Under the pieces are notes generated by a model that was not told the DNA's origin, ran no database searches, and saw only the letters and a list, made by a program, of their open reading frames with translations. Made by a program: the position numbers and the translations under genes. Below are positions 1 through 9,344 of a stretch of 64,000 nucleotides of DNA, one piece after another. The DNA lies in NCBI GenBank assembly GCA_021399395.1, contig JAAFKJ010000001.1, positions 1 to 64,000 of the forward strand, written 5' to 3'. Origin of the DNA: Candidatus Heimdallarchaeota archaeon. GTDB taxonomy: Archaea > Asgardarchaeota > Heimdallarchaeia > Heimdallarchaeales > Heimdallarchaeaceae. Numbering within the stretch: the first letter of the stretch is position 1; the number at the start of each line of letters is the position of its first letter.

Positions 1-1353
1 ATCTATTTTTCTAAAGAACTTCCTACATATTCAGTAAGTGTACAAGATGCAGAATTCATCAACTCGACAACAATTCTACATGGGGACAAAGATGGAGCAA
101 TTCTTTGGAATTTAGAAACAAATAAAACAAAGTATCTTAATTTCGATGGACATCATGAATATGAGAAAAATTATGCAAATGACACCTATTTCTCACTATC
201 TTTGGAACCAATTGAAGTAGATGATAAAACATATCTACATGATAGAATAGTTGAGTATGACGAAAATGGTGTCGAGGTTTGGTCTGCTAGTACTTCGAAC
301 TTTGTTAGTCATACACACTGGTGCCCATACGAGGACATGACAGGTTTTCAGAGAGATTTAACTCATTCAAATTCAATTGTATATGACGATGTAGAAGATG
401 TGATTTACTTAAATGTAAGAAATACTAATACCTTTTATAAAATCGACCATAAGACTGGAGAAGCAATCTGGGGTTTAGGAGAATTTGGCAATTTCACTTT
501 GTATGATATAAATGGTATTGAAAGAGACATACTTTTTTATCACACTCATAGTCTCGAACAGATATCTGATAATAAATTCATTATGTTTGACAATGATGAG
601 CATAATCAAACAGATAACACTAATCATCATTCTAGATTATTAGAAATTACTATAGATGAAGACAAGATGTTTGCAAATATATCATGGGAGTGGATAGCTC
701 CAACAGACTATTTCTCTGCGTGGTATGGAGATTGTGACTTACTACCAAATAACAACTATTTTGGTAATTTTGGTGCTCAAACTCGTTCCGATCCAACTTA
801 TTGTGCAAGGTTAGTTGAAGTAAACACTGAAGGCGAGATTGTTTGGGAATTTTCTTATGAAAGAGTTAGTTTTAACACTTTTGGGATTTATAGAGTGGAA
901 AGATTCAGATTTGAACCTATAGTTTCAGAACCAACATATTACAGTTTAGGTGAAAATGATGGTTATTTAGAATGGGATGTGTGGTACAATTTTAGAACAA
1001 GAACAGAATTCGAAGGTCGATATTATATATCACTAGATAACTCCCTTGTTGAAAATGGAACAATTGAATTCCCAAGGTTTTGGAAAAGCACAAAAGTAAG
1101 ATATAATATCTCACCTACAGATTATGCAGAAAACGAAGTTTCTTTAATTGTCTCTGACGAAGCGGGTCACCTTTCTAATGAGACTGATAGATATGAACCT
1201 ATAGGATCTTTATCATCTGAAAATGTGAAAATAATAGGAATATCTATTATTGGTGTTGCAGCTGGAGTATTAGTTGCTCTTCTATCTTTTGCTGTATATG
1301 TTGTTTGGAGGAAGCTCATCAAGAAAAAACCTTTATTCAAACGTAAAAAATAG
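1..1353 (+). CDS. Arylsulfotransferase (ASST-like beta-propeller), C-terminally membrane-anchored; 5'-truncated by window edge
   Basis: Frame is open from base 1 (IYFSKELPTY...GHHEY). Motifs DLTHSNSI, FYHTH, MFDN and WYGDCDLLPNNN match ASST-type enzymes. C-terminal TM helix followed by a basic tail. Confidence 0.75.
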   Translation: MYFSKELPTYSVSVQDAEFINSTTILHGDKDGAILWNLETNKTKYLNFDGHHEYEKNYANDTYFSLSLEPIEVDDKTYLHDRIVEYDENGVEVWSASTSNFVSHTHWCPYEDMTGFQRDLTHSNSIVYDDVEDVIYLNVRNTNTFYKIDHKTGEAIWGLGEFGNFTLYDINGIERDILFYHTHSLEQISDNKFIMFDNDEHNQTDNTNHHSRLLEITIDEDKMFANISWEWIAPTDYFSAWYGDCDLLPNNNYFGNFGAQTRSDPTYCARLVEVNTEGEIVWEFSYERVSFNTFGIYRVERFRFEPIVSEPTYYSLGENDGYLEWDVWYNFRTRTEFEGRYYISLDNSLVENGTIEFPRFWKSTKVRYNISPTDYAENEVSLIVSDEAGHLSNETDRYEPIGSLSSENVKIIGISIIGVAAGVLVALLSFAVYVVWRKLIKKKPLFKRKK

Positions 1354-1567
1354 TTCACTTTCTGACTTTTTGTTAGTAAGGTAGGGATATTAGAATGGAG
1401 TTTCATGGGATTGATACTGGTTGTTTTTTTACACTTCTTTGTTATTATTGCCATTCCAAAATCAGCTATTTTTATTGGCAATCTAATTCTAGGTAGAAGC
1501 AATTAGTTTCACAATTCTTAAAAGGTTGTTTCACTCCTCAAATTTGTAACTTAACGAAGGTTCTGAA

Positions 1568-2107
1568 ATGGAAAGCTCTGAAGAAGGATTTTTCTCATCC
1601 CAAAGAGGAAAGAGATTCGCTAAATTCTTTATAATAGGTACAATAGGTTACGGACTCAATTTTCTTCTTCTCTATCTATTTAATTTGCTATTAGGAATTA
1701 CCATTGTCAAAGATGTTGATGTGTCATTCTGGATTTTTGCGATAAATCAGGGGGTTATAGCTTCTTTACTATCCATGGCAATAGTTTTTGTCTTTACCTT
1801 TGTAATGAATAAATTTTGGACATTCAGAGGACAAGGTTCAGAATTTCAACCCAATACACTTTTTCAATTCTTTCAATTCACTCTGATTGGATTAGTAGGT
1901 TATGCTATTTACACTGGTATCATGATGATTCTTCATGGATCATTATTATGGAATGAGTATCTAGCTATGACTATCGCATTTTACACTGGTCTAATCAATA
2001 ACTTTGTATGGAATGATATCTGGACTTTCAATCCTAAGCTCATAGAGAAAAGGAAGCAAAAAAGGAAGAAAGATGAACAAGTAGAAATTGAAGAACTGAA
2101 AGTTTAA
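1568..2107 (+). CDS. GtrA family small membrane protein (putative lipid-linked glycan translocase)
   Basis: Four hydrophobic segments; KFFIIG, NKFWTF and NFVWNDIWTF GtrA-like repeats. Confidence 0.8.
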   Translation: MESSEEGFFSSQRGKRFAKFFIIGTIGYGLNFLLLYLFNLLLGITIVKDVDVSFWIFAINQGVIASLLSMAIVFVFTFVMNKFWTFRGQGSEFQPNTLFQFFQFTLIGLVGYAIYTGIMMILHGSLLWNEYLAMTIAFYTGLINNFVWNDIWTFNPKLIEKRKQKRKKDEQVEIEELKV

Positions 2108-3075
2108 TTTTTGTTGTACAAGGGTTTTAACGATTGATTAGGATATCTAGGAGAAAATTTAAGTAATGGATAGTTTTTTGCTGAGAATCTAGCCCATAAG
2201 AATTTTATTTCTTTTTCTTCGAGAGGTCTTCCTATGAACCTTAAAAGAGTCCTTTCATCCAGATTTATTTCCATTTCTTCAAGTTTTGAAGAAAGTACTT
2301 TTGTATTTGAAATATCTATTTCCTCTACTCTCATAGGAAAACTCTGAATATCTTGAAATTTGACATCTACATGATTATGGTCAACATCAATGACTATGAA
2401 GCCTTTTGATTCAATTATTTCCATGAAACTTGTTCTAATCAATGATCCAATGTAGTGGACTTTTTTATTCTGAATTTTCTGAGCTCTGTGTATATGACCT
2501 GACAAAGTAACTATCAGATTATCTGGAAAATCACTTATTTTCAGAGTGTCGGTTCTATTGGTAAATATGTGATTATGAGGTCCAAAACTTGCTCCGTCAA
2601 ACAACTGATGACATAGAACAATATATTTCCTTTTGGGATTTTTAATTAGTCTCGTTCTAACTTTTTCAAAAACACTCCGTGGGTTTTTAGATTCAAATGG
2701 AAAACCTATGACCGACACATCATCAAACTGAACCTCTGTAAATTTATTCATAAAATGAATTCTTTTTGAGAGATGATTCAGAAGTGTTTCTGGGAGATGA
2801 GATCTATCATGATTCCCAGGGATTGCTATGAAATCGATATCGTTTCTTGTGAAATCTTCTATGATATTGTAAGCTCTTGATACTAACCCTTTCTTTGGTT
2901 GTGAGCGATTGAACATGTCTCCTCCATGTAGAACTAAATCAACTTGTTTTTGCTTTGCTACTTCTAATACGTTAGAAAAAACCTCAAAAGTTCTATCTAT
3001 CTGTTCTTTCTTTGTTTGAGATGTCCTACCATACTCATAACCAAAATGAGTATCAGATAAAGCTAGTATTCTCAT
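2104..3075 (-). CDS. Mre11/SbcD-like calcineurin-fold metallophosphoesterase (DNA repair exonuclease)
   Basis: SDTHFG, GGDMFN, PGNHD, LCHQ, SGHIH and YIGS motifs. Start moved to ATG at 3075 (MRILALSD). Confidence 0.8.
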   Translation of the reverse strand: MRILALSDTHFGYEYGRTSQTKKEQIDRTFEVFSNVLEVAKQKQVDLVLHGGDMFNRSQPKKGLVSRAYNIIEDFTRNDIDFIAIPGNHDRSHLPETLLNHLSKRIHFMNKFTEVQFDDVSVIGFPFESKNPRSVFEKVRTRLIKNPKRKYIVLCHQLFDGASFGPHNHIFTNRTDTLKISDFPDNLIVTLSGHIHRAQKIQNKKVHYIGSLIRTSFMEIIESKGFIVIDVDHNHVDVKFQDIQSFPMRVEEIDISNTKVLSSKLEEMEINLDERTLLRFIGRPLEEKEIKFLWARFSAKNYPLLKFSPRYPNQSLKPLYNKN

Positions 3076-3165
3076 TGTTATCACTTGATGTCCAATGAAA
3101 TAAGTATAAAAGCAAACAAAAATTGAGATAGCCCATAAACAATAAGAAGAAGTCATTTCATTTTG

Positions 3166-4653
3166 TTAAGTAACTTCTGTTTCTTTTAAGTTGCATATCC
3201 ACAATGGTTTTCTTTCAATAAACAGGTAGAAATTTTCAGCGAAAGTATCATCGCTATCATAGACTTTGTTCAACTTTTCATTTACAATAAAGACCTTCAT
3301 CTTCTCTTTTATTTCGATTTTCAGGAAAGAATCAACATCTAAAACAAAAGTATTCTTCGCGACTAGATTTTCTAGAAATTCATACACGCTTTGACCTTTC
3401 TTGGTGAAGTGGATTACCCATCTATTATTATCAATGAATGGTCCAGCTACAACATCTACATGCTTTGTATACTGTTTCAGAAATTTTAGAGACTCATTTG
3501 AAGTAATTTCAGGTCCTTCCTTCCGAATTGAAATCTGAGGTCTAACATCCATTAAAGAGATAAAAAGCCCATAATATTCTTCAGAAACGAAAGTTTTAGA
3601 CCTCTCCAAGATGTAATTGTTATTGAAAAGTTCAGCCTGAAAAGCATTCTTGATGGATAATGCTTTTTGCCAGCATATTTCAGGTTCCTTGAAATTACGA
3701 TTGATTGCTAAGATGATAATTTCTCTGCCAGAATTTGCGATTTTTCGAACAAGATCTTCATAAGATGGGATTTCGAAAAACAAATCTTCAAAGAAGCTAA
3801 TATCTGGGCTCATCAAGAAAGTGTTTGCTGCTGCAATTAAAGATGTAAATTGATCAACTGACACATCGGCAGCGACATTGTCTTTAGGATTAAGCGGATC
3901 AGGAACATAAAGTGGATAATATTTCAGTAGCATTTTACTAGTAAGTAGATCTACATCTTCCATTTTCTCTGTATTTCGTTTAAGATCAATGATTGTTCTT
4001 GGATGCCATTTACAGATTCCTTGGATTGCTTCTCTAAAAGTACCATAGAATAGTATTAGAAGCTCACATAGATACCCGTTAAATCCTATTGCACCAATTT
4101 CACTTCTATATACACCAATTGTTTTAACAAATTTTTTGAGAAGAAGGACTTCATTTCTGTTTTCTTCTTTCATGTGAGTGATTACGTATTGTGAGTGCAT
4201 AGGGATTAAATCAAAAATCGATTCGGGTTCTTCACCTGGAGAAACCTCAAATCCAACAAATAGATTAATGAGCTCACCTTCTACATTTAGTCTTAGATAA
4301 GGTAGTTTACCAGTATGTTTGGTAATCTCGATTAGATTATTTTTTATTCGATCTTTTCTTAATCGTTTTTCCAAAGCATCTAAGATTTGATGAACCTTGG
4401 ATTTATCTGATTTTTTAAGGATTAAGAGCAGATCAAAAGAATCATCCTCACTGAGATAGGTTTTTCTAACAAATGACCCTTGATTTTCAACTCGCGCTAC
4501 ATATCCGAGAGCATTTAAGTCCAGCATTATTTTTTCTTTTAAGATTGAAAGCAACTCTCGAATTTCTTCATGGTGTTCCCATTGAACTTGAATAATTTCT
4601 AGAACCTTTTTCTCTATGCTTGCTGAAGCATTTATTAGATCTTTCTTACTCAT
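3166..4653 (-). CDS. cca: Class I (archaeal) CCA-adding enzyme homologue with a degenerate active site
   Basis: GSFVRKTYL, LLKKFVKTIGVY, GFNGYLCELLI, DPLNPKDNVAA and R-x-GP motifs; adjacent to thpR as in the usual archaeal cluster. Confidence 0.8.
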   Translation of the reverse strand: MSKKDLINASASIEKKVLEIIQVQWEHHEEIRELLSILKEKIMLDLNALGYVARVENQGSFVRKTYLSEDDSFDLLLILKKSDKSKVHQILDALEKRLRKDRIKNNLIEITKHTGKLPYLRLNVEGELINLFVGFEVSPGEEPESIFDLIPMHSQYVITHMKEENRNEVLLLKKFVKTIGVYRSEIGAIGFNGYLCELLILFYGTFREAIQGICKWHPRTIIDLKRNTEKMEDVDLLTSKMLLKYYPLYVPDPLNPKDNVAADVSVDQFTSLIAAANTFLMSPDISFFEDLFFEIPSYEDLVRKIANSGREIIILAINRNFKEPEICWQKALSIKNAFQAELFNNNYILERSKTFVSEEYYGLFISLMDVRPQISIRKEGPEITSNESLKFLKQYTKHVDVVAGPFIDNNRWVIHFTKKGQSVYEFLENLVAKNTFVLDVDSFLKIEIKEKMKVFIVNEKLNKVYDSDDTFAENFYLFIERKPLWICNLKETEVT

Positions 4654-4665
4654 TTTATCACCTTT

Positions 4666-5223
4666 TTAATTGGCTCTTGTTTCATATAGAATTGTATATT
4701 GAGGCCCGGAAGGACTTAATTCTGATTTTTTTAGTTTAATAGAGCTAATTTCTTGCTCTCCACATTTGAACTCAGAAAGGTTATTTATAACTTTAATTAG
4801 TTCCGACTTATTTTGAATGGATTTGACTCTTGCTATTGTCAAATGAGGTTTAAACGCCCTTGAATCAACTTTATAGCCAAGATTTTTTAGTTTAGTTCTA
4901 ATTTCTTTCTGAATATTTCTCAATAATTCAACATTCCCTTTCATTTCACAATAAATTACTCTGATGTACTTTTCATTGGGTAGTATACCAGGTTGATTAA
5001 TAGTTAATTTAAATTTGGAAAATTTTGTTTCACTTAAAATCTGTGATACTTGCTGAATCTGCAGTTCTGATATTTCACCCAAAAAATCTAAAGTTGAATG
5101 AAGTATTTTTGGATTAACCATCTTTAGATTTGCACTCAACTCCTGCAGTTGTCGCTGAATAGTAACAATGTTTTCAACTATTTCTTCATTATTGAAATCT
5201 ATAGAAATGAATGTTCTTACCAT
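4666..5223 (-). CDS. thpR: RNA 2',3'-cyclic phosphodiesterase (2H phosphoesterase, LigT/ThpR)
   Basis: RTFISID start, two HxT motifs (HSTLDF, PHLTIAR), SELSPSGPQY. Start moved to 5223. Confidence 0.9.
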   Translation of the reverse strand: MVRTFISIDFNNEEIVENIVTIQRQLQELSANLKMVNPKILHSTLDFLGEISELQIQQVSQILSETKFSKFKLTINQPGILPNEKYIRVIYCEMKGNVELLRNIQKEIRTKLKNLGYKVDSRAFKPHLTIARVKSIQNKSELIKVINNLSEFKCGEQEISSIKLKKSELSPSGPQYTILYETRAN

Positions 5224-5327
5224 TGTAGGATAGAATTTTTTGCCATTTAATAAGTTTTTATTAGAGAACAGTTTGCTAGACATTGACAACATTTTTAACC
5301 ACAAAGGTTCTTTCCCCACTGAATTAC

Positions 5328-5897
5328 ATGACAGAACCCAGAGCCAAAGTACTTGGAGTAACTGGAATGCCAGGTTCAGGAAAGAGCAAATTTGCTCAAT
5401 TTGCTGAGGAACTAGGCTACCATACAGTTATTATGGGTGATGTTGTTAGAGCAAGAGTTGTTGAAGAAGGGTATGAGTCTACTCCAGAAATGAGCAGAAA
5501 GTATATGGTTCAATTGCGTGAAGAAATGGGTGAAACTGCAGTAGCTCATTTGACATGTATAGCGATAGACAAATTGGTTGATGAGGGGAAAAATTTTCTA
5601 GTAATCGATGGGATAAGAAGTCAAGCTGAAGTTGTACATTTCAAAGAACATTTGGGAAATTCTTTCGTAATTATAGCAATTCATGTTGGCCCAGATTTGA
5701 GATTTAAACGTTTAAAAGCAAGAGGGAGAAAGGATGCTCCAGTAACTGAGAGTGATTTTATCAAAAGAGATGAATCTGAGTTAGAACTTGGTTTGGGGGA
5801 AACTATCGCATTTTCAAATCATTTTATTCCTAACAATAAATCTTTAGAAGATTTCAGAGAAAAGTCACTGAGTTTATTGAAAGAATTAGAAGGGTGA
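5328..5897 (+). CDS. UPF0200 P-loop kinase (dephospho-CoA/NMP kinase-like)
   Basis: TGMPGSGKS, MGDVVR, IDGIRS, RGRKD, RDESEL. Start moved to ATG 5328. Confidence 0.8.
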   Translation: MTEPRAKVLGVTGMPGSGKSKFAQFAEELGYHTVIMGDVVRARVVEEGYESTPEMSRKYMVQLREEMGETAVAHLTCIAIDKLVDEGKNFLVIDGIRSQAEVVHFKEHLGNSFVIIAIHVGPDLRFKRLKARGRKDAPVTESDFIKRDESELELGLGETIAFSNHFIPNNKSLEDFREKSLSLLKELEG

Positions 5898-6352
5898 GAG
5901 TTTTGAATCTTAGAATTAGTATTAGAGTACCTTTTTATTCAACAGAAGATAAATCGAAGCTGGAAATCATAATTAGTAATTTGTTAGGTAATCTACCTCC
6001 ACTTACTGAGAAAAAGGAAAATGATGTTGTTTATCTTGTTGCTGATGAAATCAAGATAGATAGCTTGCGTCTGTTTTTCAAAAATATAAGGCAAAATGAG
6101 ATTCTAGATACAGTACGAAAGTATGTTTTGATTTACCCTCAAGAAGGAAAAGTCATTTTTAATATTCACAAACAAGCCTTAACGGCTGATAAAATAGCTG
6201 TTATTACAAAAAACACTACCTCTCCACTTGGAAATGTAGAATTAATTATTCACACCAAAGATACAGAAAAATTCCTAAATTGGTTTGCTCCAGAAACTTT
6301 TGAAGGGAAAATCATTGAACCAAGAAAATTCAATGAAATTTTCAATCTTTAG
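5894..6352 (+). CDS. UPF0201/DUF54 RNA-binding-like protein
   Basis: TEDKSK, IRQNEILDTVR, HKQA, SPLG, WFAPETFEGK; overlaps the UPF0200 stop. Confidence 0.8.
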   Translation: MRVLNLRISIRVPFYSTEDKSKLEIIISNLLGNLPPLTEKKENDVVYLVADEIKIDSLRLFFKNIRQNEILDTVRKYVLIYPQEGKVIFNIHKQALTADKIAVITKNTTSPLGNVELIIHTKDTEKFLNWFAPETFEGKIIEPRKFNEIFNL

Positions 6353-7262
6353 CTTTTATTTTTATTCGTAATCCATCGTGGGCTAAGATACTATTAGGAA
6401 AAATTTTCTTACTCTCAGCTAGCGAATGTTCTAAGTCGGAATGTAACTGTGAGATATGTGTCAAAACAAGTTTCTTTACCTTGGCTTTCTTTGCGATCAA
6501 AGCTGCATCAGTACAAGTAGAATGACTATATTTTGTTGCTCTTTCTGTTTCTTCTGGAGGATAAGTTGCATCATGAATTAACAAATCAGCTTTCTTAGAA
6601 TGCTCAATCACATTTTCATCAAATTCGGTATCCCCAGTTATTACAACTTTCAAGTTTTTCAAAGGAATTTTATCAATTACTTCCTCAGGATTTATTTTTC
6701 TGCCATCAATATCTATCGAATTACCTTCTTGCAGAAGCTTCCATAGTTCTCCCCGTGGTATAGCAAGGGCTTTAGCTTTTTCTGGATTGAATTTACCTGT
6801 TTTAGGTTGAGTTTCTACAATATATCCTACACTTTCAATAGAATGTTTAACTGGAAAAGATTTGACCACCAGATCTTTATTTTCTAGTACAGTACCTCCA
6901 GTAGTCTCTTTAACAGAAATTTCAAACTCGGGTCTAAATCTATAAGCTAAAAATAATATCGATAGAAATTTCGAAGTCCAAGAGGGACCTATAATAGTTA
7001 TTGGGGTTTTGATGTTGAAGAAATTCCTAGTTGTCAGAAGACCCATTAATCCTAATGTATGATCAGAATGCAGATGGGTGAGTAAGATGGTCATTTTTCG
7101 AAGACTTATTTTATTCTTAAGCATCTCAATTTGTGCTCCTTCGCCTAAGTCGACAATCAGCAGGTTTCCTCTATACTTAATTGCTACTGAACTTTGTCTT
7201 CTCTCGATTTGAGGAGGAGCAGAAGAAGTGCCAAGAAATGTTATCGTTATCTCATCAGACAT
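6342..7262 (-). CDS. rnz: Ribonuclease Z
   Basis: FLGTSSAPP, DLGEG, THLHSDH, exosite GELWKLLQEG, TGDT, HDATY, HST, LTHIS. Confidence 0.93.
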   Translation of the reverse strand: MSDEITITFLGTSSAPPQIERRQSSVAIKYRGNLLIVDLGEGAQIEMLKNKISLRKMTILLTHLHSDHTLGLMGLLTTRNFFNIKTPITIIGPSWTSKFLSILFLAYRFRPEFEISVKETTGGTVLENKDLVVKSFPVKHSIESVGYIVETQPKTGKFNPEKAKALAIPRGELWKLLQEGNSIDIDGRKINPEEVIDKIPLKNLKVVITGDTEFDENVIEHSKKADLLIHDATYPPEETERATKYSHSTCTDAALIAKKAKVKKLVLTHISQLHSDLEHSLAESKKIFPNSILAHDGLRIKIKAKD

Positions 7263-7266
7263 TTTA

Positions 7267-8295
7267 TCACCTCAGTACAAGAATTCTCCTTGTTAGAGAT
7301 TTATGAATTACACAATCTATTAATGTTACGAGCTTATAGTCTGTTTTTTCAACTATTTTTTCTGGAGCAACAGCTGCAGGAGCACTAAAAACCAAGAATC
7401 CGTTGGATTTTAGTACTTTTCGAGCGTCAATCAAGAACTCATAAACTAAATCAGATAAATCCGCACCATGAGTAGAAGACTGTAGAGAATACGGAGGATC
7501 TGTTGCTATTGCGTCTACAGCCTTAATAGCTAGATAACGAGAATCACCACGATAGATTGATGTGTTAAAATTCTTAAATTGAGATAAATTCTCTTTAGAA
7601 CCTTGAATTGCAAAACCGTCTAAATCACTCCCAATTGAATAAGCTCCCAGCTCAAATGCTTCTAACAGAAAACCTCCACCTCCACAAAATGGATCAAAGA
7701 AAGTATCACCTTGCTTAACTCTGGAAAGATTAACGATTGCTCTCGCAAAATCTGTTCTCATAGCTCCTGGCCTAAAATAATCTCTCACCCCTGGTTCTCT
7801 TACTGCATATTTTTTTCTATCTTGAGACCAGAGTTCTAATCCTAAAAATAATTTCTTCTTGAGTAAAACAGCTATAAATGAATAATATGGTGCTTTAAGA
7901 TTCGCATCCAATTTAGCTTCCTCAAATTTGTGATAAATATGACCCCCTAGAATTCGTTCAAGGTCAACTGATCGAAGTTTAATCTCTTTTCTACCTATTT
8001 TGCGCACTCTAACTGCAAAAGATTTGTTTGGTTCTATTTCTAGATGATTGTGTTCAGCCTTAAAGTGGACTTTATCTTCAACAACCTCCCCCACATCAGT
8101 AAGAAGTATCAGTGCATGTAAAAACGCACATCTTGCAGCTGCTACCGTTGGATCTTTTTCTGAATCAAAAATAATTATCTGATTTTCCTCGAGGACATTT
8201 TTGCATACAATTCCTTCGGCTTCTAAACAGGCATAGAATTCCTCATAGCCTATAGGAAGAAAGTGTCCACAGATAAAGGCAAGATATTTTTTCAT
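7267..8295 (-). CDS. trm11: tRNA (guanine(10)-N2)-methyltransferase, THUMP plus Rossmann methyltransferase
   Basis: THUMP-like SFAVRV; ARAIVNL, DPFCGGGGF, TDPPY, HKSLTR. Confidence 0.88.
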   Translation of the reverse strand: MKKYLAFICGHFLPIGYEEFYACLEAEGIVCKNVLEENQIIIFDSEKDPTVAAARCAFLHALILLTDVGEVVEDKVHFKAEHNHLEIEPNKSFAVRVRKIGRKEIKLRSVDLERILGGHIYHKFEEAKLDANLKAPYYSFIAVLLKKKLFLGLELWSQDRKKYAVREPGVRDYFRPGAMRTDFARAIVNLSRVKQGDTFFDPFCGGGGFLLEAFELGAYSIGSDLDGFAIQGSKENLSQFKNFNTSIYRGDSRYLAIKAVDAIATDPPYSLQSSTHGADLSDLVYEFLIDARKVLKSNGFLVFSAPAAVAPEKIVEKTDYKLVTLIDCVIHKSLTRRILVLR

Positions 8296-9182
8296 AAGAA
8301 TTTGTCCTTAATAAATTTACTAGCAGCTGAACTAATTTCAATTTGTTCAATATCAGATCGAGTTATTGTATTAGTAGAAATGACCTTATCTACGCCTATT
8401 TCCTTTATCTTGACAAATACATCAGGTTTAGCTATTGCATGTATAACAAGGAAAAATAGAGATTTAGGTTTTCTGCTAAGAATAAGCTTACATGCATCAA
8501 TTGCTGTCCCTCCAGAAGTGATGACATCATCAAGAAGTATGACATTCTTGTCTTCAATATCCAACCCTGTATCCGTCATTGTTATTTCATGTGTCTCTGG
8601 GTCTCTAAATTTATCTAGAGAATTGAAAGGTATTGTCAATTCATCAGAGAAATATTGTAATTCATTAGTGATACCTCTATCTGGTCCTACAATCACAAAA
8701 TTTTCATCAACTATATCCTTGAGATAGTCTCTGATTTCAGGTAAAATACTAATATCATATTTCTCTAATTCTGGAACTAATGAAGTAAAAGCTTCTCTAT
8801 TATGAACATTAAAGGTAAGAACAGAATCCACCCCCGATTTATAGAGCAATTCAAGTGTAACTTTGTGAGAAATGATTTCTTTTGCTATTCTTCTCCTATC
8901 TGCTCTAGCATAACAAAGATAGGGTGCAAAAAGATATACCTTTGATGCTTCAAACTCTTTCAATGTTGAAGCAATTAGCATAATCTCAATAAGGCGCTTC
9001 TCTTGGTTAGGAAAAGTGTTTTGGACAATCATAACCTCTTCATTCTCAACTTCACCATCAATCTGAAGATAAGTTTCACCATCAGTAAATAATTTATTTT
9101 CCAAATTAATCAGAGACAAATTTAGTTCATTTGCAATCTTTTTACCCAGTTCAATTGAAGCAGGACCAGCTAATATTTTCAT
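8292..9182 (-). CDS. prs: Ribose-phosphate pyrophosphokinase
   Basis: FTDGE, PYLCYARADR, GPDRG, DDVITSGGT, STNTI. Confidence 0.92.
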   Translation of the reverse strand: MKILAGPASIELGKKIANELNLSLINLENKLFTDGETYLQIDGEVENEEVMIVQNTFPNQEKRLIEIMLIASTLKEFEASKVYLFAPYLCYARADRRRIAKEIISHKVTLELLYKSGVDSVLTFNVHNREAFTSLVPELEKYDISILPEIRDYLKDIVDENFVIVGPDRGITNELQYFSDELTIPFNSLDKFRDPETHEITMTDTGLDIEDKNVILLDDVITSGGTAIDACKLILSRKPKSLFFLVIHAIAKPDVFVKIKEIGVDKVISTNTITRSDIEQIEISSAASKFIKDKFL

Positions 9183-9344
9183 TGTTAGTAAGAAGTAGAA
9201 GATAACTAAATTAAAGCATTTTCATGCTTATTAAAAGTAAATAGCGCACTTCTGTAACGATAGAATTTTGACCTAAAACATAGCTTTATTAACGCAAGTA
9301 ACCCTTTTCTTTTGAAAATACTACTAGTGTTATTTGTGATAATT

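Noticed and set aside
1167-1502. 111-aa minus-strand ORF
   Set aside because: Largely antisense to the sulfotransferase TM tail; no family signal.
8263-8727. 154-aa plus-strand ORF, and the many similar short ORFs nested in real genes
   Set aside because: Antisense or alternate-frame shadows of well-supported genes (here prs), Ser/Ile/Phe-rich with no motifs.
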